From the NCBI GenBank assembly GCA_037190965.1, contig JBBCKI010000016.1, positions 1 through 23,194 of the forward strand: DNA of 23,194 nucleotides, in the 5' to 3' direction. This DNA comes from Chthoniobacteraceae bacterium (GTDB lineage: Bacteria; Verrucomicrobiota; Verrucomicrobiia; Chthoniobacterales; Chthoniobacteraceae). Made by a program: the position numbers and the translations under genes. Shown here in pieces: positions 1 through 7,523 of this stretch. Position 1 is the stretch's first letter. Each line of letters begins with the position of its first letter. The notes under the pieces were generated by a model. The model ran no database searches and was not told where the DNA came from. It saw only the letters and a list, made by a program, of their open reading frames with translations.

Positions 1-84
1 AAGGTCGGCAACGCCATCGACGCGCTGACCACCCCAAAAACCGAGGAAGCGCCCGCCGAGACTCCGGCTGCCGCAAATCCGTAA
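1..84 (+). CDS. 3' end of an upstream gene (partial, product not identifiable)
   Basis: Frame 1 is open from base 1 to TAA at 82-84 (KVGNAIDALTTPKTEEAPAETPAAANP*) with GC-rich codon usage, and a strong terminator follows. Confidence 0.65.
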   Translation, partial: KVGNAIDALTTPKTEEAPAETPAAANP

Positions 85-140
85 GGGTTCCCGCCCCAAC
101 TTGTCAGGCTGTCTCTTTGACGGCTGAAATCATTTTAATC

Positions 141-173
141 AAAACCCGGCTTCGCAAGAGGCCGGGTTTTTTT
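141..173 (+). terminator. Intrinsic terminator, probably bidirectional
   Basis: aaaacccggc...gccgggtttt stem around a cgcaag loop, followed by a T7 run and preceded by an A4 run. Confidence 0.85.
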
Positions 174-273
174 GTCACCCAATCTTCACCTTCCCGTCGC
201 CCGCCTGTGACATCGTCGCGCGAAGATACAGACGACTGGAGATGCGCGAACACCGCTCCCAAGTCATCTGCTT

Positions 274-1059
274 ATGAAAATCTATCGGACTGGCTGGATC
301 TCCGACGTTCACCTCGGCACGAGGGGCTGCAAGGCCGATGCTTTGCTCGCCTTTCTGCGCGAGTACGAGTTTGAGACGCTCTACGTCGTCGGCGATTTGA
401 TCGATATCTGGGCGTTGCGCCGGGGCATCTTCTGGCCCCAATCGCACAACGACGTCATCCAAAAACTCCTGCGCGCCGGGCGCAAGGGGACGCGGGTGAT
501 CTACATCCCCGGCAACCACGACGAGTTCATCTCCGGGTTTCTGGGTGGATACGGCTCCATCACCGTCCAGAACCGCGCGATCCACGAAACCGCCGACGGC
601 AGGCGGCTGCTCGTCATTCACGGGCACGAGCTCGACACGGTGGTGCAAAATCATCGGTGGCTCGCCTTTGTGGGCGATGTCGGCTATCAGCTCCTGCTCC
701 GCCTGAACGGCCCGGTCAACTGGGTGCGGCAGAAAATGGGGCTCGGATATTGGTCTCTGAGCGCGGCGGTGAAGCGAAATGTGAAGAACGCCGTCTCGTT
801 CATCGGCGAGTTCGAGAAAGCCATCGTCCGCTATTCCTTTTCCGATCAGGTCTCCGGGGTCGTCTGCGGCCACATCCACTCGCCGGTGATCCGCCGGATC
901 GAGGAGGTCGATTACTTCAATTGCGGCGACTGGGTGGAAAGCTCCTCGGCTCTGGTCGAGGACTTCGATGGAAAGATCGAACTGGTGAAAGACTTCGCCA
1001 GCGACACAGCCTTCCGCTCCGCACCCACGCCGCAGGTTGAGATGGCAATCGGCGCGTAG
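274..1059 (+). CDS. Calcineurin-like metallophosphoesterase, UDP-2,3-diacylglucosamine hydrolase (LpxH/YbbF)-like family
   Basis: Motifs ISDVHLG, VGDLID, PGNHD, IHG, CGHIH and YFNCGDW. Confidence 0.88.
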   Translation: MKIYRTGWISDVHLGTRGCKADALLAFLREYEFETLYVVGDLIDIWALRRGIFWPQSHNDVIQKLLRAGRKGTRVIYIPGNHDEFISGFLGGYGSITVQNRAIHETADGRRLLVIHGHELDTVVQNHRWLAFVGDVGYQLLLRLNGPVNWVRQKMGLGYWSLSAAVKRNVKNAVSFIGEFEKAIVRYSFSDQVSGVVCGHIHSPVIRRIEEVDYFNCGDWVESSSALVEDFDGKIELVKDFASDTAFRSAPTPQVEMAIGA

Positions 1060-1080
1060 AGCCGGTACAGTGTGGGTGTC

Positions 1081-1413
1081 ATGATTGAAGATCGCATCCG
1101 GAAAATCGAGGCCCGCATCAATGGAACTGAAAAGCTTCCTGCGGACACCAAGGCGGAATTGCTCGCGCTGCTGGAGAGCTTGAGGCAGGAGGTCGCGGAG
1201 CTTTCCGAAAGCCACGGCGAGGATGCCGACAGTATCGCCCGCTTTGCGGAAGCTTCCGCTCACGAAGCCACCCGCGCCGAACAGAAGCCGGAGCTTCTGG
1301 AAGCCGCCATCAACGGCTTGAACGCGACCGTGGAGGAATTCGAAGTGAGCCACCCCAAACTGGCCGACACCATCAACCGTATCGCCATGATTCTCTCCAA
1401 CATGGGGATGTGA
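1081..1413 (+). CDS. DUF4404-like helical protein
   Basis: C-terminus VEEFEVSHPKLADTINRIAMILSNMGM matches the recalled family signature FExxHP...LSxMGI. ATG at 1081 is preferred to GTG at 1072. Confidence 0.8.
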   Translation: MIEDRIRKIEARINGTEKLPADTKAELLALLESLRQEVAELSESHGEDADSIARFAEASAHEATRAEQKPELLEAAINGLNATVEEFEVSHPKLADTINRIAMILSNMGM

Positions 1414-1431
1414 CAGGATCGCCCCCTCGGA

Positions 1432-1460
1432 TTGACAAAACGCCCCCTGCCCGGTAACCA
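1432..1460 (+). promoter_or_regulatory. Putative sigma70 promoter TTGACA-17-TAACCA
   Basis: Perfect -35 at 1432-1437, 17-nt spacer, -10 at 1455-1460. The -10 is flanked by the inverted repeat ctgcccgg/ccgggcag. Confidence 0.5.
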
Positions 1461-1471
1461 CTCCGGGCAGC

Positions 1472-3139
1472 GTGCCATCCCTTCGCCCCTGGTTTGTCCC
1501 CGTTCTTTCCGTCGCCCTTTTGTCAGGGTGCGTCTCTCCCGGGCGACGCATCGGCGACCCGGAATTAATCAAGGCAGAGCAAAGCCTGAAGCAGGGCCGC
1601 TTCGCCGGAAATACCGCCGAAACCCGCGCGGGGTATTATCTCGACGCCGCCGCGCGCTCCAACACCGTTCTTGATTCCCACCCGCAGGCAAAGCCGGAAC
1701 ACCCGCTTGCTCTTTCCATCTACAATGCGGCTTCTGCGGAATTGACGGCGCTTCTGCGCGATAATGACGACCTTTGGAAACCGCTCAACCGCATCCCCGC
1801 CCCGGCGGGCAATGGCTGCTATCAACTCCGCCTGCAAAACGGCCAACCGGCGAAAGGGATCTGGTCCCCCGCCCTCTTCACGGACTTTCAACCCGCCTCG
1901 AAAATAAAGCGAAGGGGCTTTCGCAAAGAGATCAAGGAGCCCGGTTACGGCGGCACGCTCGTCGGAGTACGGAAGACCGGGGAAGAACGGACGCCGAAAG
2001 ACCCTTTCGCCTATCGGGTGGGGAAATCCGCCCCGGTAACGGCAACGCTCGATTTCAAGAAGCCTCAGGCTGTGGTGGCCCGCTCCGTCACCCTGACGTT
2101 GAATGATCCCTCGCAACGCACCACGGTTCCGATCTCGGGCGCGGCGCGCCCGCTCGCCGCCGACTTCACCGCGCCCCTCGCCTGGTATCCCCAGCGCAAC
2201 GAGTTTTGGGCGGGGCTCATGGCGATGACGCACGTTCAGGACTATCTTGGGTCCACCGGCTTATACATGCTCAGGCCGTATGATCCCGAGCGCATCCCGG
2301 TCATCTTCATTCACGGTCTCGCCTCCACGCCGCAGATGTGGCTCAACGTCATCAACGAGATCGAGGGCGATCCGCTCCTGCGTCGCCGCTTTCAATATTG
2401 GGTCTATTGGTACCCCACGGGAAATCCGTTGGCCTACTCGGCACTCCAATTGCGCAAGGATCTCGCCACCGCCCAGCAGGTCTATGGACTACCCAAAGGG
2501 TGTGTCATCATCAGCCACAGCATGGGGGGCTTGCTCGCCCGGATGCAATCAACCACGCCGGGCCGGACAATCTGGGATGCAAACCTCAAGGGGAGCGCCG
2601 AGAAGCTCTATCGCACCCTCCCAAACAACAATGTGATCAAAGAGAGCCTTATCTTTGAGGCCAACCCGAAGATTGAACGGCTCATCTTCATCTGCGTTCC
2701 GCACCGGGGGAGCGAGCTGGCCATCGGCACGCTGGGTGAACTGGCCACGCGCTTCATCACTCTCCCCCTCACCTTGGTCCAGGGGATGCAGGCTGCTTTG
2801 GGAAGTTCCTTCGACATTGTGACAGGGGGAAAGGGAGGCCGACACCTGACCAGCATCCAGAGCCTTTCTCCCCGCAGCAATACATTACTGACACTCGATA
2901 AACTGCCCATCCAGGCCCCGTACCACTCAATCATCGGAGACCGTGGCCGAAATGATTCCCCTAACAGCTCGGACGGCGTCGTCCCATACTGGAGTTCGAA
3001 CCTCAAGAAAGCCGAGTCGGAACTGATCGTTCCCGGCCCCCACGGTTCCTATCAACTTTCGCAAACCGTCGAGGAATTACGGCGCATTCTTTCCCTTCAT
3101 ATCGCCGAAAAGTCAGGTAAGGCGCAAAAGCGCCGGTGA
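1472..3139 (+). CDS. Alpha/beta-hydrolase (lipase/esterase-like) lipoprotein
   Basis: Lipobox LLSGC, oxyanion IHGL, nucleophile SHSMGG, VPHRGS, SDGVVPY and a C-terminal His (GPHG). GTG start. Confidence 0.85.
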   Translation: MPSLRPWFVPVLSVALLSGCVSPGRRIGDPELIKAEQSLKQGRFAGNTAETRAGYYLDAAARSNTVLDSHPQAKPEHPLALSIYNAASAELTALLRDNDDLWKPLNRIPAPAGNGCYQLRLQNGQPAKGIWSPALFTDFQPASKIKRRGFRKEIKEPGYGGTLVGVRKTGEERTPKDPFAYRVGKSAPVTATLDFKKPQAVVARSVTLTLNDPSQRTTVPISGAARPLAADFTAPLAWYPQRNEFWAGLMAMTHVQDYLGSTGLYMLRPYDPERIPVIFIHGLASTPQMWLNVINEIEGDPLLRRRFQYWVYWYPTGNPLAYSALQLRKDLATAQQVYGLPKGCVIISHSMGGLLARMQSTTPGRTIWDANLKGSAEKLYRTLPNNNVIKESLIFEANPKIERLIFICVPHRGSELAIGTLGELATRFITLPLTLVQGMQAALGSSFDIVTGGKGGRHLTSIQSLSPRSNTLLTLDKLPIQAPYHSIIGDRGRNDSPNSSDGVVPYWSSNLKKAESELIVPGPHGSYQLSQTVEELRRILSLHIAEKSGKAQKRR

Positions 3140-3154
3140 TTTCCCTAATACCCC

Positions 3155-3183
3155 TTGAAGGTTTCCCCGATACCCGGTACTTT
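3155..3183 (+). promoter_or_regulatory. Putative sigma70 promoter TTGAAG-17-TACTTT
   Basis: -35 at 3155-3160 and -10 at 3178-3183, 10 nt before the ATG at 3194. Confidence 0.5.
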
Positions 3184-3193
3184 CCGCGGGCGT

Positions 3194-3409
3194 ATGAAAC
3201 ACACATTCATCGCCCTGATCATCGCCGCCGCCGCCAGCCTTTCCGCTTGTAGCTCCGCTCCGAAACAGTGCCCGGCTTCCTTCGACGGCAAGGCCGTACA
3301 GGCACCCGCTCACTGCTCGAAGAAAGACAAGAGCTGCAAGACCAAGAAGGGCTGCTGCAAATCCAAAGCCGACAAGAAGTGCGCCACCAAGTGCGCTGAC
3401 AAGAAGTAA
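3194..3409 (+). CDS. Small Cys/Lys-rich lipoprotein (71 aa)
   Basis: MKHTFIALIIAAAASLSA-C signal peptide with lipobox. The 53-aa mature part has 8 Cys and 15 Lys. Strong codon bias, own promoter-like site and terminator. Confidence 0.8.
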   Translation: MKHTFIALIIAAAASLSACSSAPKQCPASFDGKAVQAPAHCSKKDKSCKTKKGCCKSKADKKCATKCADKK

Positions 3410-3448
3410 TCGCCTCCGGCAGTTGCCGAATATAGCGAGTTGAGTTTG

Positions 3449-3480
3449 AGAGAGAGCGGCCCATGCCGCTCTCTCTTTTT
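3449..3480 (+). terminator. Intrinsic terminator
   Basis: Perfect 12-bp stem agagagagcggc/gccgctctctct, loop ccat, T run. Confidence 0.8.
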
Positions 3481-3523
3481 AGTGTCCTGAGTCAAAAAAA
3501 TCTCGCAATGTTTCACTCGTTTA

Positions 3524-3678
3524 CCTCGTTCCCAAACTCTGTTTGGGAACGCCCGTGTCTTCGAAACTCCAGTTTCGCAACCCTGGCCGTTCCGGCACGC
3601 TGCACGAGATGACAAGGCTTTCGCATCAGAGATTCGAGGACAGTGGCATTACCAATCTGGAGATTGGTAACGAGGAAA
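3524..3678 (+). repeat. ~155-bp REP-like multi-hairpin element, copy 1 (intact)
   Basis: Terminal palindromes cgttcccaaa-ctctg-tttgggaacg and ttaccaatc-tgga-gattggtaa, internal cgaaact-cc-agtttcg. 3537-3678 matches the reverse complement of 22915-23056 with 10 mismatches in 142 nt (manual count). Confidence 0.9.
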
Positions 3679-3694
3679 CTCAAAACCGCTCTAA

Positions 3695-4096
3695 TCACAC
3701 GGAGGAACACCCGTCATTCTCCGTGAATTGCCCGAAGCACAAGAGCCGCCCCTCGCAGTCTTTCACGACAAACTCCCGGAAGGACCATGGCATCGTCCCG
3801 ATTTCGCGGGAGAAAGTTACACCGCGCGATTGGTACTCCGCGTAAAGCTCGTCAATAGCTTTAACGATGATATACGCGTCGAGGTATTCTTCTTCATATT
3901 TATCCGGCCCGTGCCCCTGCAACAGAGGCGACTGAACGAGACGGATGAAAATAGACTGCCCGTCACGCGCGACCCCCGCGTAGAACGGAGGCTCGCCGTA
4001 AGCAAAGTGAGTCTCGAACCCCAGCACCTCCCGGTAATACTTGAGAGTTGCAGCGAGATCCGTGGTAAAGAATTGGGGGATGACGGAGGCGATCAT
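3695..4096 (-). CDS. VOC/glyoxalase (bleomycin-resistance-like) family protein
   Basis: MIASVIPQFFTTDLAATLKYYREVLGF...IDELYAEYQSRGV...MPWSFREFVVKDCEG. Likely start is the ATG at 4096. Confidence 0.85.
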   Translation of the reverse strand: MIASVIPQFFTTDLAATLKYYREVLGFETHFAYGEPPFYAGVARDGQSIFIRLVQSPLLQGHGPDKYEEEYLDAYIIVKAIDELYAEYQSRGVTFSREIGTMPWSFREFVVKDCEGRLLCFGQFTENDGCSSV

Positions 4097-4253
4097 AGAG
4101 TCTATTGAAAGTTCGTTCTCTGTACTGCCGGAGAAGCGCAGCCCTATCTTTTGATAGGGCAAGTCCGGAAATTGCGCAAGGCCGCCAGGCTCCTCGCCGT
4201 TTTCGGTGGATTTATAGGCCCGGAGGGCCGCTGAAAATTGCTTATGGAGTCGA

Positions 4254-4398
4254 GGTAGTCCGCTCTCGCCGAGAGCGCGGGATCGGCGAAGAGTCGAATT
4301 CGACGTCATCCCGGCAGGACGGACTGCTGGGATTGGGATGCGACCCTCATGAAGCCACGGGAGCCGATACCCGCGCTCGACGGCGCGAGCGGGCTACC
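4254..4398. repeat. Inverted doublet of GTAG-tagged REP-like palindromes (REPIN-like)
   Basis: ggtagtccgctctcgccgagagcgcgggatcggc (4254-4287) versus the reverse complement of 4363-4398, ggtagcccgctcgcgccgtcgagcgcgggtatcggc. Confidence 0.7.
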
Positions 4399-4478
4399 GG
4401 TGCTGCCGCACCATTCTTCTTTGAAAAGCCGCGATTTCGAGGTTGAATCCCCGCGCGCTCCCCGAGAAAGTGGGTGGC

Positions 4479-5093
4479 ATGAGTGACGAACAGATTCTTG
4501 TGGTGCGGCGCGCGCTTTTCGAACAGTTGGGCGCTTTTCAAGGGCTGAACTTCGACGTGCAGCACTATCTTCCCGCGCTGCTGGCTCGCGAAAACAATTT
4601 CTTCACCCTGCGCGGCCCGGCGGAGACGAATCCCGACCTCAAGCAGATCATCCCGTACGTCCTCCTCGTCCACGAGGGTCGGGTGCTCCATTACGTTCGC
4701 GGCAAAAAGGCGGGCGAGCAGCGGCTGGTGGCCAAGGGTTCCGTCGGCATCGGCGGTCATATGAACGACGGCGACGAGGGGCTCTTCGCCCTCGATGAAG
4801 CTGCCTACAAGGCGGGCGTCGATCGTGAAGTGAACGAGGAACTCAAACTCGAAAGCGACTACACCAACCACATCGTGGCGCTTCTCAATGACGATTCAAA
4901 CCCCGTGGGCCAGGTTCATCTGGGCGTGGTGCATGTCTTCAAACTCGCCACCGACAATGTCTCCAAGCGGGAACAGATGATCACCAACCTCGGCTTCCTG
5001 ACGCCGGAGGAACTGGCCGCCCGCCGCGACAATCTGGAGAGCTGGTCGCAGATCTGCGTCGATCACCTCGACCAGATTCTGGCGAATCTCTAA
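4479..5093 (+). CDS. Nudix-fold predicted phosphoesterase (COG4112-like)
   Basis: AETNPDLKQIIPY, SVGIGGHMN, REVNEEL, LLNDDSNPVGQVHLG and LESWS. ATG at 4479. Confidence 0.8.
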   Translation: MSDEQILVVRRALFEQLGAFQGLNFDVQHYLPALLARENNFFTLRGPAETNPDLKQIIPYVLLVHEGRVLHYVRGKKAGEQRLVAKGSVGIGGHMNDGDEGLFALDEAAYKAGVDREVNEELKLESDYTNHIVALLNDDSNPVGQVHLGVVHVFKLATDNVSKREQMITNLGFLTPEELAARRDNLESWSQICVDHLDQILANL

Positions 5094-6280
5094 AAAAACC
5101 GCTCGGGAGCCATCATTCGCTGCGGTTTGCAGATCCGGTCCACGCATTGCTGCCAGCTTTCGTGGCCGGTGAGGATTTCGATCTCCACCCGCAGGTAATA
5201 GATCGGAAGCTCCAGATCCTTGAGCTTGGGGAACCGCACGGAGTCTTTCTCCGTGGTCAGGATCGCTTCCACGCCCCGGTTGGTGCAACGGCGGATGAAA
5301 CCCGCGATTTCCCGGGTCGAGAACCGGTGGTGATCGGCAAAATGCCGCGATAGCTCGATCTTGCCGCCCAGCTTGCGGAGGGCATCCTCGAAGCTGCCGG
5401 GCTGCGCGATGGCGGAGATGGCGGCGATGCTGCGTCCCTGAAGAAACTCGAGCGGCAACTGCGAGCCGTTATAGACGTGCTGGAGATATTGCGGGCGGTG
5501 CGAGCACTCGATGATCTCGGCCGTCCGGTTGTAACGCCGGATGCGGGCGATCAACTCCGAGTTGTCGATGTTCGGCGCGCTCTTGGTGATGAAGATATAG
5601 GAGGCCCGGCGCAGGTTGGGCGGCGGCTCGCGCAGGGTGCCTCGCGGGAGAAGATGCTCATTGCCGAAGGGAGCCTGCCGGTCCACCAGCACAATATCGA
5701 GCCGGTGTTTGAGCCGCAGGTATTGCAGCCCGTCATCAAGGAGCAGCGTGTCGCACCCCATTTTTTCGATGGCGTAGATGCCGCTCTTCACACGGTCGCG
5801 ATCCACAAGGACGATGACATCCTTCAGGTTGCTCGCGAGCATGTACGGCTCGTCTCCGGAAAGCCGGGAGTCTAAAAGCAGCTCCTTGCCGTCGGAAACG
5901 ATGCGCGGGACAAACTCCTGCTCGGAGCCGAACCGGTTGATGAGCCGCTTGAGCAACGGCGGCTTCTTGCTTTTGTAGCCCCGGCTCAGAATGGCGACAC
6001 GCCGCCCCCCGGATTGCAGGGCTCGCGCGAACTTCTCCACGACCGGCGTTTTCCCGGTTCCGCCCACCGTCAGGTTGCCGATGGAGATGACCAGGCAGCC
6101 GAGCTGGCGCTCGCGCATCACACGCTTTCGGTAAAGCCAGAGCCGAAGCTGGACGATCCCCAGGTAGATCCACGAGAGCATCCCGAGAAACACGCGCAAG
6201 AGCGCAGCGCGTTTCCCATAACGCTTCCCGAGGATGACCTCGATGGCAAACTGCTCAAACTCGTCCAGCCAGCGGCGCAC
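5090..6280 (-). CDS. lpxK: Tetraacyldisaccharide 4'-kinase
   Basis: [49 protein letters not shown] and TTEKD. Confidence 0.96.
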   Translation of the reverse strand: MRRWLDEFEQFAIEVILGKRYGKRAALLRVFLGMLSWIYLGIVQLRLWLYRKRVMRERQLGCLVISIGNLTVGGTGKTPVVEKFARALQSGGRRVAILSRGYKSKKPPLLKRLINRFGSEQEFVPRIVSDGKELLLDSRLSGDEPYMLASNLKDVIVLVDRDRVKSGIYAIEKMGCDTLLLDDGLQYLRLKHRLDIVLVDRQAPFGNEHLLPRGTLREPPPNLRRASYIFITKSAPNIDNSELIARIRRYNRTAEIIECSHRPQYLQHVYNGSQLPLEFLQGRSIAAISAIAQPGSFEDALRKLGGKIELSRHFADHHRFSTREIAGFIRRCTNRGVEAILTTEKDSVRFPKLKDLELPIYYLRVEIEILTGHESWQQCVDRICKPQRMMAPERFF

Positions 6281-6286
6281 GGGAAT

Positions 6287-7132
6287 TTATTTGCCGACTT
6301 TCACGCCATCGTTATCGGCGGTCGTCACGACCGTCCGCGCTTCAATGCCCGCCGGCACCGCCTTCAGCATTGCGGCGGCCACCGCCTCGGGCTTCTCCAG
6401 AGTCACGCACGCGATGGTCGAGCCCGAGCCGCTCAGAAATCCGCCGATCGCCCCGGCATCCACCCCGGCTTCGATCACCTTCGAGAGAAACGGGATCAAC
6501 GGTTCACGGAATGGCTGATGGAGATGGTCCTCAAAGCACCCTTCCAGCGCTTCGTACTGGCCGGAGGCAAACGCCGCCGTGATCCGCGCCGCGTTGGCTG
6601 CGCTGGTCACCGCCAGCTTGTGAGACAATTCGGCGGGAAGCACCTTACGGGCTTCCGGCGTGGAGATCTCGAAATCGGGAATCAGAAGCACAAACTTCAG
6701 GCGGCCTTCCACAGGAAACGCGAGGCAACTGTCGCCCCCCGCCACAGTGAACCCACCGAACTCGGCGGGGGCGGCGTTGTCCGGGTGCCCCTCCAACTCG
6801 CTGCAAATCATGAAAAGCTCCTCCCGCTCCAGGGGGCGGCGGGCGAGTTCGTTGAGGCCATGCAAAATCCCAAGTCGCACCGTGACACTGCTGCCCAGGC
6901 CGCGCGAACGAGGGACGTCGCCGCCCGCCTGCCAGTCGAAGTCAAACGGCTTGATCTCCGCGGTCTCAAAAAAGAGCGATGCCGCGGCGGCGGCCATCGG
7001 GTCCGGCTGCCCCGGAGGTTTGCCGCGCCGCACGGAGACGCGGTTATAAAGCTTGAGCGCCACGCCGAGGCAGTCGTACCCCGGGCCGAGGTTGGCGCTG
7101 GTGGCAGGGACGCGACTGGTAACGGAATCCAT
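6287..7132 (-). CDS. thrB: Homoserine kinase
   Basis: RVPATSANLGPGYD, GHMP motif VPRSRGLGSS, LEGHPDN, DHLHQPFR and SGSG. ATG at 7132. Confidence 0.95.
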   Translation of the reverse strand: MDSVTSRVPATSANLGPGYDCLGVALKLYNRVSVRRGKPPGQPDPMAAAAASLFFETAEIKPFDFDWQAGGDVPRSRGLGSSVTVRLGILHGLNELARRPLEREELFMICSELEGHPDNAAPAEFGGFTVAGGDSCLAFPVEGRLKFVLLIPDFEISTPEARKVLPAELSHKLAVTSAANAARITAAFASGQYEALEGCFEDHLHQPFREPLIPFLSKVIEAGVDAGAIGGFLSGSGSTIACVTLEKPEAVAAAMLKAVPAGIEARTVVTTADNDGVKVGK

Positions 7133-7215
7133 AAGATGGACAAAGATGGGCCAACCTGCGCCGCTGCGGAAGAATTTTCCATCGTGGAAACGCATCTGAT
7201 CAAAAGAAGGAAAGT

Positions 7216-7454
7216 CTCGCGCCAAGCTCGCAAAGGCCGCCAAGGGAATCGCTGATTAAATGGAGCATGGCGAAAGCGCAGGCAGTTTGGATGGATTCCA
7301 AGCCGATTTTCCGCAGCCTGTCTGAAGACAGGTGAGGAAAAATCGGGTTGGAAAGCCGCCAAAATGACCAGCTTGCGACATCGCTCGCTTTAATCAGTGT
7401 TCCCAAAGCAGGAAAATTCTGGAAACTTTGTGGTCTTTGTGGTCTTGGCGCGAG
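7216..7454. repeat. Inverted pair of short 9-mer repeat arrays (REP-like doublet) enclosing a MITE
   Basis: Left arm ctcgcgccaag-ctcgcaaag-gccgccaag (7216-7244). Right arm (7426-7454) reverse complement ctcgcgccaag-accacaaag-accacaaag. Confidence 0.65.
7244..7404. mobile_element. 161-bp MITE-like element
   Basis: TIRs gggaatcgctgattaaa / tttaatcagtgttccc. Long central hairpin ttccaagccgattttcc...cctgtct-ga-agacagg...ggaaaaatcgggttggaa. No credible ORF. Confidence 0.75.
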
Positions 7455-7523
7455 TTCTCCTTCGCCGTCGCGGTTTCCCCTTTCCGGCTCCCGCTTTCCC
7501 ATCTACGGTTTCTCCACTTTTCC

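Noticed and set aside
175..1572. 465-aa minus-strand ORF
   Set aside because: Antisense shadow of the phosphoesterase and DUF4404-like genes, with no recognisable motifs. Such shadows are typical of high-GC DNA.
3310..3845. Short ORFs crossing 3524-3678
   Set aside because: These are read-throughs of the REP-like repeat and are not credible proteins.
4097..4309. N-terminal extensions in the ORF track (VOC, and similarly thrB, rph, yebC, macA-like and BON)
   Set aside because: The extensions run through intergenic or repeat DNA, or the neighbouring gene. Family homology starts at the downstream ATGs used above.
6014..7255. 413-aa plus-strand ORF
   Set aside because: Antisense shadow of thrB and lpxK.
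7216..7454. Possible CRISPR array or structured ncRNA
   Set aside because: There are no regularly spaced 25-40-nt repeats with spacers and no cas genes. TIRs explain the structure better.
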